DNA of 64,000 nucleotides from Eledone cirrhosa (Eukaryota): NCBI GenBank assembly GCA_964016885.1, contig OZ024753.1, positions 29,636,001 to 29,700,000 of the forward strand, read 5' to 3'. Shown piece by piece: positions 52,331 to 64,000 of this stretch (position 1 is its first letter; each line of letters starts with the position of its first letter). The notes under the pieces were generated by a model. It saw only the letters and a program-made list of their open reading frames with translations, ran no database searches and was not told where the DNA came from. The position numbers and the translations under genes were made by a program.

Positions 52331-52892
52331 CAGGGGTGGGCAAACTACATTCTGTGCGCCAAATGCGGCTCGCCAAAGAGTTTGTGCGGCCCGTGGAAGG
52401 ATTCGGCAAATTAGTAAAAAGAAAAAATAACAATCAACAAATTTTTGTATATAATACTTAAGCCAAGACTAGTTTTTGTTCTGGTATGTTTTGTGATGTA
52501 CAGAAACAAATTACAAGAAAACTTTGTTTTAAGATTTTTGTATTTAATCATTTTATTAATTTATGTATTATAGGGCGGTGGATTGGCAGTGTCGGTAGAG
52601 GGTCGGACGCCATGCTTTGCAGCATAGAGTTACGGCCCTTTATGATCTGAGTTCAAATCCCGCCTTACGGGGTTGATAAAATAAAGTACCAGTCACGCAC
52701 TGAGGTTGAGCCCATATAAGAAACCATTAAGTTATGTATTATAATGATACAGTTTATATTTTCTATTTTCTAAATTCTAACTGAAGAAAATTAATGTTAC
52801 TTGCACACTATATCCAATAATAAATGGTGCAGCCCTCTGGTGTTCATGATCCAGTCAATCTGGCCCCTGATCCAAAAAGTTTGCCCACCCCT
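52331..52892. mobile_element. hAT-like MITE with nested S1 SINE
   Basis: TIR CAGGGGTGGGCAAAC / GTTTGCCCACCCCT; imperfect 8-bp TSD GCACAGAT/ACATAGAT; SINE 52572-52730 with TSD TTATGTATTATA. Confidence 0.7.
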
Positions 52893-53085
52893 TACATAGA
52901 TCATTACATCTTTTAGACTCATTTATACAGATAAGTTATATTCCAAAATTGAATATTGGGTCGTCAAGTATAAAATTTGTAGAAATATGTAGAAAAAAAA
53001 AACAAATTTCTACAAATTTCATACTTGATGACCCAATACAATTACATAACATTTGCTGATTATTTGACACTTTCATTTCTTTCAG

Positions 53086-53207
53086 CAATCCAGGAACATA
53101 TTCAATTACTGTAAATATTGGAACCAATAATAATAGACAGGAAGGCAAATATATTATGAAGAGTACTTCATGGAGAGTACACCGACAATACTCTAGCAGA
53201 CCCATGC
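53086..53207 (+). CDS. S1A serine protease exon 3
   Basis: TTTCAG acceptor; NPGTYSITVNIGTNN...WRVHRQYSSRPM; GTAAGT donor; phases 2/1 consistent. Confidence 0.85.
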
Positions 53208-54033
53208 GTAAGTATTTTATGGTGGAATATTTTATGGTGGAATATTTTATGGTGGAATATATATCCATGTTCTGAGTAAAAATTGTCATATATGGAAATA
53301 TTCTTCAGTATATACAGGATATCCCAAAAATTGTATACACACTTCAAGAGCATTCTAATAAGTATTGCCTATACAGGTATTCAAGGTGTGTATACATATT
53401 TTGGGTTCACCCTGTATTTTATGATGGAATATATATCCATGTTCTGAGTAGAAATTGTCATAGATGGAAATATTCTTTAGTATATCTTTTATGATGGAAT
53501 ATATATCTATCCATATTCACTGTGTGAACCATCAATAACAATAATAGTAATAATGGGCTCCGATTTAGGCACAAGGCCAGCAATTTTTTTTTTGGGGGGG
53601 GGGGGGGGTTAAGGTTGATTAAATCGACCCCAGTACGTTACGGGTGATTTATTTTATCGATCCCATAAGGATGATAGGCAAAGCTGACCTTGACAGGTTT
53701 TGAACTCAGAACGTAAAGGGGCGAAACTCTATACCGGGAAGCATGTTGCCCGACGCTCTAACGATATTGCCAATCCACTGCCCTAAATAATAATTGTTTC
53801 TACTTTTGGCACAAGGCCAGCAATTACCCAAGTGTATTACTGGTGCTATATTTTATCGACCCCGTAAAGAGGAAAGGCAAAGTTAACCTCGGTAGGATTT
53901 GAACTCAGAACATAAAGGGCCGTAAATCTATGCTGGGAAGCATGGTGTCTGAACAGTATTTGCGAATGATTCCTGGTTTGCCCTCTCTGCAAGAAGTGCA
54001 AAAAATTGTTTTGACTGGTACTGCACACATATT

Positions 54034-55075
54034 GAGTAGAGCACTACCTCTATGAGAATGATACCCCCACCTCCACACCTTGTGTGGTTGTGTGTGTGTG
54101 TGAGTAGAGCACTACCTCTATGAGAATGATACCCCCACCTCCACACCTTGTGTGGTTGTGCGTGTGTGTGAGTAGAGCACTACCTCTATGAGAATGATAC
54201 CCCCACCTCCACACCTTGTGTGGTTGTGTGTGTGTGTGAGTAGAGCACTATCTCTATGCGAATGATACCCCCACCTCCACACCTTGTGTGGTTGTGTGTG
54301 TGTGTGAGTAGAGCACTACCTCTATGAGAATGATACCCCCACCTCCACACCTTGTGTGGTTGTGCGTGTGTGTGAGTAGAGCACTATCTCTATGAGAATG
54401 ATACCCCCACCTCCACACCTTGTGTGGTTGTGTGTGTGTGTGAGTAGAGCACTACCTCTATGAGAATGATACCCCCACCTCCACACCTTGTGTGGTTGTG
54501 TGTGTGTGTGAGTAGAGCACTATCTCTATGCGAATGATACCCCCACCTCCACACCTTGTGTGGTTGTGTGTGTGTGTGAGTAGAGCACTACCTCTATGAG
54601 AATGATACCCCCACCTCCACACCTTGTGTGGTTGTGTGTGTGTGTGAGTAGAGCACTATCTCTATGAGAATGATACCCCCACCTCCACACCTTGTGTGGT
54701 TGTGCGTGTGTGTGAGTAGAGCACTATCTCTATGAGAATGATACCCCCACCTCCACACCTTGTGTGGTTGTGTGTGTGTGTGAGTAGAGCACTACCTCTA
54801 TGAGAATGATACCCCCACCTCCACACCTTGTGTGGTTGTGTGTGTGTGTGAGTAGAGCACTACCTCTATGAGAATGATACCCCCACCTCCACACCTTGTG
54901 TGGTTGTGCGTGTGTGTGAGTAGAGCACTACCTCTATGAGAATGATACCCCCACCTCCACACCTTGTGTGGTTGTGTGTGTGTGTGAGTAGAGCACTATC
55001 TCTATGAGAATGATACCCCCACCTCCACACCTTGTGTGGTTGTGTGTGAGTAGAGCACAATCTCTGTAAGAATGA
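54034..55075. repeat. 68-bp minisatellite x about 15 in protease intron 3
   Basis: Unit GAGTAGAGCACTAYCTCTATGAGAATGATACCCCCACCTCCACACCTTGTGTGGTT(GT)n. Confidence 0.95.
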
Positions 55076-55212
55076 TAAGCTGTAAATTATATTCAATGTG
55101 GTGTATTAACTGGCTTACCAATGTATACAGTGGGTTTATTGCCCTAGGTGTCAGGAAGACACTTGGCATATATCAGAAATAATACTAAAGGAAAAGGAAA
55201 AAAACCATAAAA

Positions 55213-55710
55213 ATAATAATAATGTTTTCTTTATTAACCACGAGGGTTGACATAAAGTATAACATTAAGGATAGCACAGGATGTTACAGGATGGTACGAA
55301 TGGGCATTTCTGTGTGTAAAGTTAAAAAAATCACAGAAAATTACAAAAAAGAAACAAAGGAAAATTCCCCAATAGGGGGAGAGACTTCCGAGGGACATTC
55401 GTGGAGAAATCCCATTAAAAAAGCCACGGTGACCTTGACCACCAGGGCAAGTGCCCTCTCCAGTTTTCGACCTTCAATTTACAGGCGCATACTCAGAGCA
55501 GGCCCATTCACTCGGGCCATGCTTGCCTCTCTCACCCATCTTTCAACAAAATGCTGGGAAGAGAGCACTTCCCTCTCTACCCTGATTTTCCTTTTCAAAT
55601 GAAATTTGGAAAAGTTAATCAGGACATTATCGAAGAGGTAAGTGCTCGTCTTCCGCCCTTTCAAACGCATCCACCAAACAACCTCTTTCGCCATGGCCAC
55701 CAAACAGATA
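55213..55710 (-). mobile_element. 3' fragment of the same Tx1/L1-type family, in protease intron 3
   Basis: FICLVAMAKEVVWW...FHLKRKIRVER similar to ORF 60644-61111. Confidence 0.8.
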
Positions 55711-55712
55711 AA

Positions 55713-55747
<35 letters not shown>

Positions 55748-55997
55748 ATATTGAGAAGAGCACTATCTCTGTAAGATTGATATCCCTCCTTGTATTTCCA
55801 TATGCACTTGTGTATATATGTATACTGTTTTGTTGTTTTTTTTAAATTATAATCAATGTGCTGTATTGACTGGCTTACCAATGTACACTGTGAATTTATT
55901 TGCCCTAGGTGTCAGGAAGACACTCAGCATATATCTCAGAAACAATAATGAAAGAAAATAAAAACAATAATAATAATAATAATTTGTACTTTGAAAG

Positions 55998-56132
55998 GTA
56001 ACGATATTGCTATGATACGACTACCAAAACCAGTGCGATTTGGAAACTGTGTACAGGCTGCTTCACTTCCAGCAAAAGGAGAGAAGTTTGACAACAAAAG
56101 ATGTATTGCAGCTGGATGGGGTCAAACTGGAT
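55998..56132 (+). CDS. S1A serine protease exon 4 (catalytic Asp)
   Basis: NDIAMIRLPKPV...CVQAASLP...CIAAGWGQTG; AAG acceptor, GTAAGT donor. Confidence 0.9.
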
Positions 56133-56170
56133 GTAAGTACTCATTTATTTTATTACTCTCTCTCTCTCTC

Positions 56171-56201
<31 letters not shown>

Positions 56202-56894
56202 TTCTCTTTGTGTCTCTCACTCCCTTTCTCTTTCTCTTTGTGCGCTCCCTATTTTGAATATATATACACTTCATTTACAGACGAGAAAACTATATATACT
56301 CGACTGTTTTCAAGTCCAGCAGTCACAAGAGTGGGAAGGATCGTCCTGATGAGACCTAGTTAAGTTCAAAATGCATCGAAAATTGTCCCCCTTGCTTCTG
56401 CTGAACACCACCAGAGGGCGATACCCCCCAACGATTTAGCTACGGCTTTCTAAATGTTTATCTATAAACATACCGTGTTTCTTTAGAAATACGAAATTCC
56501 TATACATATATATATATATATATTATATGTACAGATTAAAGTTTAAACAAAGAATCACTGATTTCACTCTTTTACAGGATCTTCTGAATCCCAGAAGATT
56601 ATCTATATATATATATATATATATATTTTATATATAATCCTTATCGAGCCCTCTTCGGATTTTAGTCTTCACAATTATTATTACTATATATATATATTGT
56701 GAAAGCTATTCATTGGATCCTTCTTTGTTTAAAATGGTGAGGTTTGATTTCAGAAAAATTTGGCTACTGTTTCTAGTCGTTGAAATAACGACATTGGCTC
56801 TAAATATTCAAGTAACTTAAGCTTGGTGTATTAGTTACCAGTTTGATTAAAACTAATTATCTTTGCTAATCATTTTTTGTTCTGTATTTTCTAG

Positions 56895-57043
56895 TTAATA
56901 GCCCTTCATCAAACACACTACTCCATGTAGCAATGCCAGTCGTTGACCACAGCGTATGTAAAAGGAAAATGAGTTATGCTTCCCTCACAGACCAACATAT
57001 TTGCGGAGGTGATTTCAGACGGGGTGGCGCCAGCACTTGTATG
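56895..57043 (+). CDS. S1A serine protease exon 5
   Basis: TTTTCTAG acceptor; SNTLLHVAMPVVDHSVC...HICGGDFRRGGASTCM; GTGAGA donor. Confidence 0.9.
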
Positions 57044-57965
57044 GTGAGATATTTTTTATCAAACTTACTACGTAGATGTGTATCATTGAAAATCGATCAA
57101 ACATAAAGATATTAATACACACACACATTCATATTTAGGTACACACACACACACACACACACACATGTTCATATTTAGGCACACACACATTCACATTTAA
57201 GTACATACAAATATAAATCATTCTTGGCCAACAACTAATGATAGCTACGTTTTGTTATATAGTCAAACTACATGTTCCCTCTCGATGTTGAAATGAAAAT
57301 ATTAAAGTAATGTGTGTGTGCATCATACAGAAGTTTATTTGTCACTAATATATAGTCATCTCAATGAAAAGGTTGCTAACATCTAATTCAGAGCATCTAC
57401 AAATAGAATAACTTATGCAATGTTACCGACAGGTAGATTCCTAGTAAAGCAACTTAAAACAATAAAGCTTCACTAGTATTCTTTCCCTTACTGCAATTTC
57501 GAGTATCAAGAAACAATGTTTATACATGTGTGTGTGTGTGTGTGTGTGGTACAGTAAAATATATTTGAAAAATGTTAAGAATGCTGTTTCTGAGAGTTGT
57601 TATTCTTTCATGGTCAAATGTTTTACAAACTGTATTTCATGGAAATACAGTTTGTAAAACAACTATCAGAAACATAATTCTTAACATTTTTCAAATATAG
57701 TTATATATAAAAATATAGGTGTATATAAGGAAAATTATAATGAAAAGAGGGTTTGAAAAGCATACCTGGTATATATATAAAAAGAATCTTTAGAACATGT
57801 ATAATAAAAATTGATGTTAGCAAAGCCTGATTTCTCCATTTTGGATCTTCAAAACATTTGTTATTAGGTTAAATACATATATACATACATATATAGACAT
57901 ATACAGACTCATTCATGGTCGTACAGAGAATATAGGCATATATTGACGTGTATATACAAATTGTA

Positions 57966-58005
<40 letters not shown>

Positions 58006-58055
58006 GGAGAAGATATTTAACTAATTGTCAACTGTTTTATTTCTATTCTATCCAG

Positions 58056-58214
58056 GGTGATTCCGGTGGTCCATTCTACTGTCCCAACAGAAATGGTCAA
58101 ATGGTTGTGGCTGGTATCACTTCATTTGGATATGATTGTGCTATTGATGCTGCTATCTTCACCAGTGTGTCTTACTTCAGAGATTGGATCGACAGAACTT
58201 TACTTTCATTATAA
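58056..58214 (+). CDS. S1A serine protease exon 6 (catalytic Ser); spliced protein about 254 aa
   Basis: TCCAG acceptor; GDSGGPFYC...VAGITSFGYDC...FTSVSYFRDWI; stop TAA; AATAAA at 58268. Confidence 0.92.
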   Translation, partial: GDSGGPFYCPNRNGQMVVAGITSFGYDCAIDAAIFTSVSYFRDWIDRTLLSL

Positions 58215-58267
58215 ACTCTTGTCAGCCAAATGAGAGAAAAGTAAACTTTATATTTCAAATTTTATTG

Positions 58268-58273
58268 AATAAA
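58268..58273 (+). terminator. Polyadenylation signal of the protease gene
   Basis: AATAAA about 54 nt after the stop, followed by a T/GT-rich tract. Confidence 0.55.
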
Positions 58274-58897
58274 ACAAAACTTCACTGAACAATACCAATT
58301 TGTCTTTCTTGTATTCATATTATTTTGCCAGCTAAAATGTATAACATGCATTTTCGTGTACTGCTCCCCTTGTGGAAAACACCAGCGTGTAACTGGTGCT
58401 GCTGTATTTCTATTTTAGTCTGTCCATAAATATTGCAGACCTGTCAACTCTCCTCATCCGATAAGGAGATCTCCCAATCACTTTGGGGTGAGTGAGAGTT
58501 GTCTTCTCTTGTGAAAATGGGTATAGCTTTCATTATGTAAACCATTTTGCCTCATTTCTCTTCGTTTTGGGGCCCTTTTTTGTGTATGTATGAGTGTGTG
58601 TGTGTGTGTGTGAATGAGTGTGTGTGTATGTGTGTGCATATGTATGAGTGCATATGTGTGCATGTGTATGTATGTGTGTGTGGTGTGTGCATGTGTCATG
58701 AATTTCCTTATATACTGTTTTATTGATTTGCCATTCAACATACCCCAGCTGTCGTATTGTGTTCGTGATTGTTGAATTAACCTTTAAGATAATCACATTA
58801 ATCCTTACTGATAAATCAAGAATTTGGCACTGACTTGTGATCTCCTTTTTATATATTATTAATAAATTGTATGTTCATACTATAATATACCACAGAA

Positions 58898-59458
58898 TCT
58901 TTATAACTCCCTGTCAAAATACAGTTCTTTATAACTCCCTGTCAAAATACAGTTCTTTATAACTCCCTGTCAAAATACAGTTGTTTATAACTCCCTGTCA
59001 AAATACAGTTCTTTATAACTCCCTGTCAAAATACAGTTCTTTATAACTCCCTGTCAAAATACAGTTCTTTATAACTCCCTGTCAAAATACAGTTCTTTAT
59101 AACTCCGTCAAAATACAGCTCTTTATAACTCCCTGTCAAAATACAGCTCTTTATAACTCCCTGTCAAAATACAGTTCTTTATAACTCCCTGTCAAAATAT
59201 AGTTCTTTATAACTCCCTGTCAAAATACAGTTCTTTATAACTCCCTGTCAAAATATACTTCTTTATAACTTCCTGTCAAAATACAGTTCTTTATAACTCC
59301 CTGTCAAAATAGAGTTCTTTATAACTCCCTGTCAAAATACAGCTCTTTATAACTCCCTGTCAAAATACAGCCCTTTATATCTCCCTGTCAAAACAGCCCT
59401 TTATAACTGTCAGAATATAGCCCTTTATACCTCCCTGTCAAAATACAGCCTTTTATAA
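58898..59458. repeat. 28-bp minisatellite x about 20
   Basis: Unit CTTTATAACTCCCTGTCAAAATACAGTT, degenerating toward the right end. Confidence 0.95.
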
Positions 59459-60319
59459 AATTGTCACAGCTTTTAGCCACAGTTCTTCATCAAGCTACAG
59501 CTTTTGCCATAAGTTCTCTTCCACACAGCAACCTATTAACATAACTACTCTGTTTGCCATCAGTTCTCTAGCATACTGCAACCATTTATCATTAGTTCTA
59601 AACTATAGTGGATCCTTTTTACGATTAATTTTCTAAGATATTGCAACCCTTTACTATCTGGCAAGCTTCGACTTTCATCGTCATTTTTCTAACACAACGC
59701 TACTTTGCAGCCAATGTTAAACCTATGTTGAGGGGTTATTATGTCACATACTAACCTGATGCTGTATGGCTGGGCACAGTGCCATATTTAGGACAAATGA
59801 GGCCCTGAGATAGTCAAGTTATGAGGCCCCAAACATTTGAAAAATTAATCGTAAACAATTTTGGGGGTAAGAAGATAGCATCTCCCCCCTACCTGGCCAC
59901 CTAAACACAATGGTAGGTCTGACACTGGCTGGGCTGCGGTGCTGTAATGACCTGAAGGGTGATAGATTAGTAGTATCGATAGAGCATCAGACAAAATATT
60001 TTGCTGTATTTAGTTACGACTTTCTACGTTCTGAGTTCAAATGTCACTGATGTCAACATTGTCTCTCATCCTTCCACAGTTGATAAAACATGTTAATCTT
60101 TATTTTAACTTTGCAATAACAATAATAATTGTTTCTACTTTAGGCACAAGGCCAGCAATTACCCAGTGCATTACTGGTACTTTATTTTATCGACCCCGTA
60201 AGGATGAAAGGCAAAGTCAACCTCGGCGGGATTTGAACTCAGATCATAAAGGGACGTAACTATGCTGGAAAGCATGGCATCCGACCCTCTACCGATACTG
60301 CCAATCCACCGCCCTAACA

Positions 60320-62354
60320 ATAATAATGATTTCTTTATTGGCCACAAAGGCTGACATCAAGAAAAACATTACAGACGGCACAGGACGGTACAGGACAGTT
60401 CGATGTGGGTTTTGTGTGTAAAGATTTTTATTATTTATATAAGAAATGAAAAAGAAAAAAGAAAACAGACATAGAAACATATATATATAAACAATAAAAA
60501 GGAAAATTTAAACAATGAAAAATTCCCCAATAGGGGGGGGGAAACCTCTGAGGATTTCTCGTGGTGAAAACCACACAAAAGACCACGGCCACCCTGACCA
60601 CCAGGGCAAGCGCCCTCTCTCAATTTTTTTCCCATTCCTCAAACTACAAGCGTATATTCAGAGCAGTCCTGTTCACTCGGACCATTCTCGCTACATTCAC
60701 CCACCTTTCAACAAACTTGCTAGAAGACAGCACTTGCCTCTCCACCCTGATTTTCCTCTTCAAGTGAAACTTGAAAAAGTTAATCAGGGATTCGCTGAAG
60801 AAGAAAGTGTCTGTCTTTAACCCTTTCAACCTTGTCCACCACATAATCTCTTTAGCCATGGCCACCAGGCAGATGAAAACCGCCTGCCCTTCCTCCTCGA
60901 AGGAAGATGGCAAGACCATCTGCACAATGGACTCAGTCGATAACCGGATCAGTCCTACACGTGACAGCAACTGTTCGACATAGCTCCACAAGTCAGCAAT
61001 GCTCGAGCACTGAACGAGTGCGTGCACGACGGTTTCGTCGCTCTGCGCGCATCTCGGACAGGCTCGGCTGACGGCACTTCCGTGCCTGTAGAACTTATCT
61101 CGAACCGGCAACGCTCCCCGGTAGCACTGCCAGGCCAGAGATTTCTAGAAGTTATCCATAAGCCCCAGGCTGAAAGTTCTCTGGAAGAGAGTAAACAGCT
61201 GATCTTCTTCGACGCCCAGGATCTCTCCGAGAATGTCATCGCTCTTCCCCTCCACTAGTCCTCTATAGAACGCATAGGTGGATGTTCCACCGATACTGGT
61301 GCCCAGCTGGCAGAGGGCGGTGAGCGCCTGGAGACATTCCAGTTTCCAAGCGCTATCCCTCGGTCTTTTCCTGACCCAGGACTGCAGCTCCATCAAGGAG
61401 ACGAGCTGTGGGAAAACGTGCCTGGCGAACGGCGACCACACCTGTTCACCGTCAACGAAGCACCAGAGATGTCGCAGCCTCAGCACATGTTTGCACATCA
61501 TCAGCCATGGCATGCATAGTCCTCCACGCAACGGGTGTTGACAGCAGATGGATCGTCTGACCATGGGAGCACGTCCCTTCCACAAAAAGCGGAAAAAGAG
61601 GCGCTCCATTTTGGTGAGAGTTGGGCTGGGGGACGACGGTGAGGCGGTAGCAGATGATGGATGCGATGTACACATTCGCCACCTCCACCCGGCCTTTCAG
61701 GGACAGCTTCCTCTCGGTCTATTTCTGGGTGAGGGAGGCCACCCTGCTCGTCACCTCACTCCAGTTTTTCTCCACCGGGAAGTCCAGTCCAAACCAGACC
61801 CCGAGCAATTTAACCGATCCGTCCGTCCAACGCCACATGACGCTGTCGGACGGCATGGATTTGCCTCTCCAGGTGCCAAGCTGCAAGCCCACCAACGTTT
61901 CCTGGTTTATCTTTGCTCCTGTCACTGCTTCGTATTCCTTGAGAGCGGTGCCAAGCATCTGGACGTGTCTGTTGCTCGACACCACCATGGTGACGTCGTC
62001 AGCGTAAGCCAACTCGGATTTCCCACATCCTAGTTCGTGTGAGACGCCCCTCATCACCCCCAGTTTGTGCAGTAACGGCTCAAGAGCCAATACGTACAAG
62101 AGGGACGAGAGGGGACAACCCTGGCGGACCGAGCGCATGATGCTGACCGGCTGTGACACGTGACCGTTCACCCTCGCAACTGAGCAGATGTCGCTGTACA
62201 TCGCAGCGATCCAACCCCTGAAAACGGGCCCAAAACCGGCTGCCTCGAGGACTGCCATCAGGTACCGATGGTCGACCCTATCGAATGCTTTGGATTGATC
62301 CAAGTTGATCAGGGTCCCGCCCGTGCCAGGTTCCTTAACAACCCTCCCTACGGT
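60320..62354 (-). mobile_element. Tx1/L1-type LINE, 5'-truncated and decayed
   Basis: LDQSKAFDRVDH, SVRQGCPLS, YADD, C-terminal CPRC-x8-H-x4-C knuckle; 3' end AATAAAGAAATC(ATT)n. Confidence 0.88.
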
Positions 62355-64000
62355 GTAATAATAATGACAACTATAATGACGGCAATAATAAAGGGGAGGG
62401 GGGGGGGCAAAGGGAAAGAAAGAATAGGGAAATATAGAGAAAAAAGAGAGAAAGAAAGAAGAAAAGAACGGGAAGGAGGATGGCAAGAGCTCTGGTGTCG
62501 CAGAAGAGAGGGGAGGGGTGATAGGGCTTTGGGCTCAAGGCAAGAGGACGGCAGAAGTGTTGCGCCCCACGTACAAGATGGCAAAAGCATTCCCGCGGAC
62601 GATGGCCAGTGACACGTGCAGCAGTAGCCACCCAACCTCGCGGGGGTCCCTCGAGTATCAGTTAAGAACTGGAGTCGATATCATCAACATTCCTCTTCCC
62701 CTAAATTGCCGGCCTTGAGCCAAAATTAGAAATTGTTTTGATTAAACCGTCAATCTCTTTACATGGGTTTGTATCATTCAAGTTGTGCCAATTACAAACG
62801 GGAGTTTCTACACATTACCAACAGCTGGCTTGTTACAGTGTATTACTGGTATTTTATTTTATCGATCTCGCAAGAATGAGAGGCAAAGCTAACCTTGGTG
62901 GAATTAAAACTTAGAACGTAAAAGGCCGAAACTCTATACAGTAAAGCATATTGTCCGACGCTCTACCGATACTGCTAATCCACCGCCATGGAAAATAACG
63001 CCAGACTTATTATCTGCTGGCATGTATGTTTAGGTTTCATGACACCTCCACGCTATCATTTTATAAGGCAGGAGTAGAACCGTTAGAGCCTAGGTTCTCA
63101 ACCTGTTTTGCTCCATGCCTCCCCAAGACGTCCTGATTGTTCAACACCCACCCCTCCCTCCACACACGTTATATTACTGATATTTATATAAGTAGGCAAA
63201 TGAATACAAAAAGATTTATTTGGTTATTTTATGGTAAATGTACAGAAAATAAGTTAAACACTGCGGATTTGTGATAAACAGATTGTAATTGGGATCGAAA
63301 TGCTGTTTTTTTTTACTTTTAAAGACTTATACGCACTTCCCTTAGTAACAGGCAAAATGTTTTGAGCTATTTAAACCGTCTGTTTATGTTCTGAGTTCAA
63401 ATCCTACCGAGACTAGCTTTGCTTTCATCCTTTCGATAAAATAAAGTACCAATGAAATACTAGGAACTGTAGCAGTTGTGACTCACAACCCCAATAGATT
63501 AACACCATCTAGACGGGAAGTAGAACCCTTTCTGTAACTTCCGGTCAGAACCCTATAAAACTAACAACTTTAAGTTCTCACTCTCTCATTTGCCCTTCCG
63601 GCGCCTGGCATTCGCCAGGCGTCTTCTGCCAACCTGCGTTTGCCTGGCAATCAAAACGGTAACTACTAACTTTGCTTCATTCTTTCGTTTATTCATTGAC
63701 ATGTCAACTATACTGTTAAATTGTTGATTAAATATTATACACACAAACCATGTCTCCTTGTTACATTCATACACACGAGATCTCCGCTATATTGGTAACC
63801 CTGACGTGATACGAACACGCAGCCGTTCATCGTTATAAGTGGTCACCCCAAAAAAAGAAAAAATAGCAGAATCTGGTGTTGTGTGAGTAACATTACGAAT
63901 ACACAGCAAATTTATTGACAAACTATGAAAATACTCAGTCAAAGAAACACACCACGCACATGTGAAATTCGCGTTCAGACAGACTTTTTCTCTCACGCAT

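Noticed and set aside
54034-55075. 68-bp array as CRISPR
   Set aside because: No unique spacers, eukaryotic intron, no cas genes; it is a minisatellite.

Overview
AT-rich, repeat-dense animal DNA, most likely an octopod cephalopod (inferred from the SINE/RTE repertoire and the long (TA)n tracts), with a 200-N scaffold gap at 36166-36365. Three spliced host genes can be rebuilt by eye: a complete 2-exon PLPP6-like PAP2 lipid phosphatase (+, 2083-7882), the last three exons of a convergent PEBP-family gene (-, 13026-8975; 5' exons not found), and a complete 6-exon secreted chymotrypsin-like S1 protease (+, 51004-58214). The centre (about 18-50 kb) is a nest of RTE LINEs from three families separated by (TA)n tracts. 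The RT of families A and B carries an inserted C4HC3 PHD-type finger. The nest also holds an 11-copy ~510-bp satellite that runs into the 5' region of an RTE. Remnants of Tx1/L1-, R4/Dong-, CRE- and Penelope-like retroelements, two SINE families, several MITEs and a Helitron are present. The most striking unannotated signal is more than 10 type I hammerhead-ribozyme motifs from several unrelated sequence families. Some have variant cores or very long stem II, most sit in 100-800 bp fold-back or partial-tandem elements inserted in (TA)n, and one family is physically attached to a Penelope GIY-YIG endonuclease remnant. All folds were derived by eye and none is experimentally shown to cleave.
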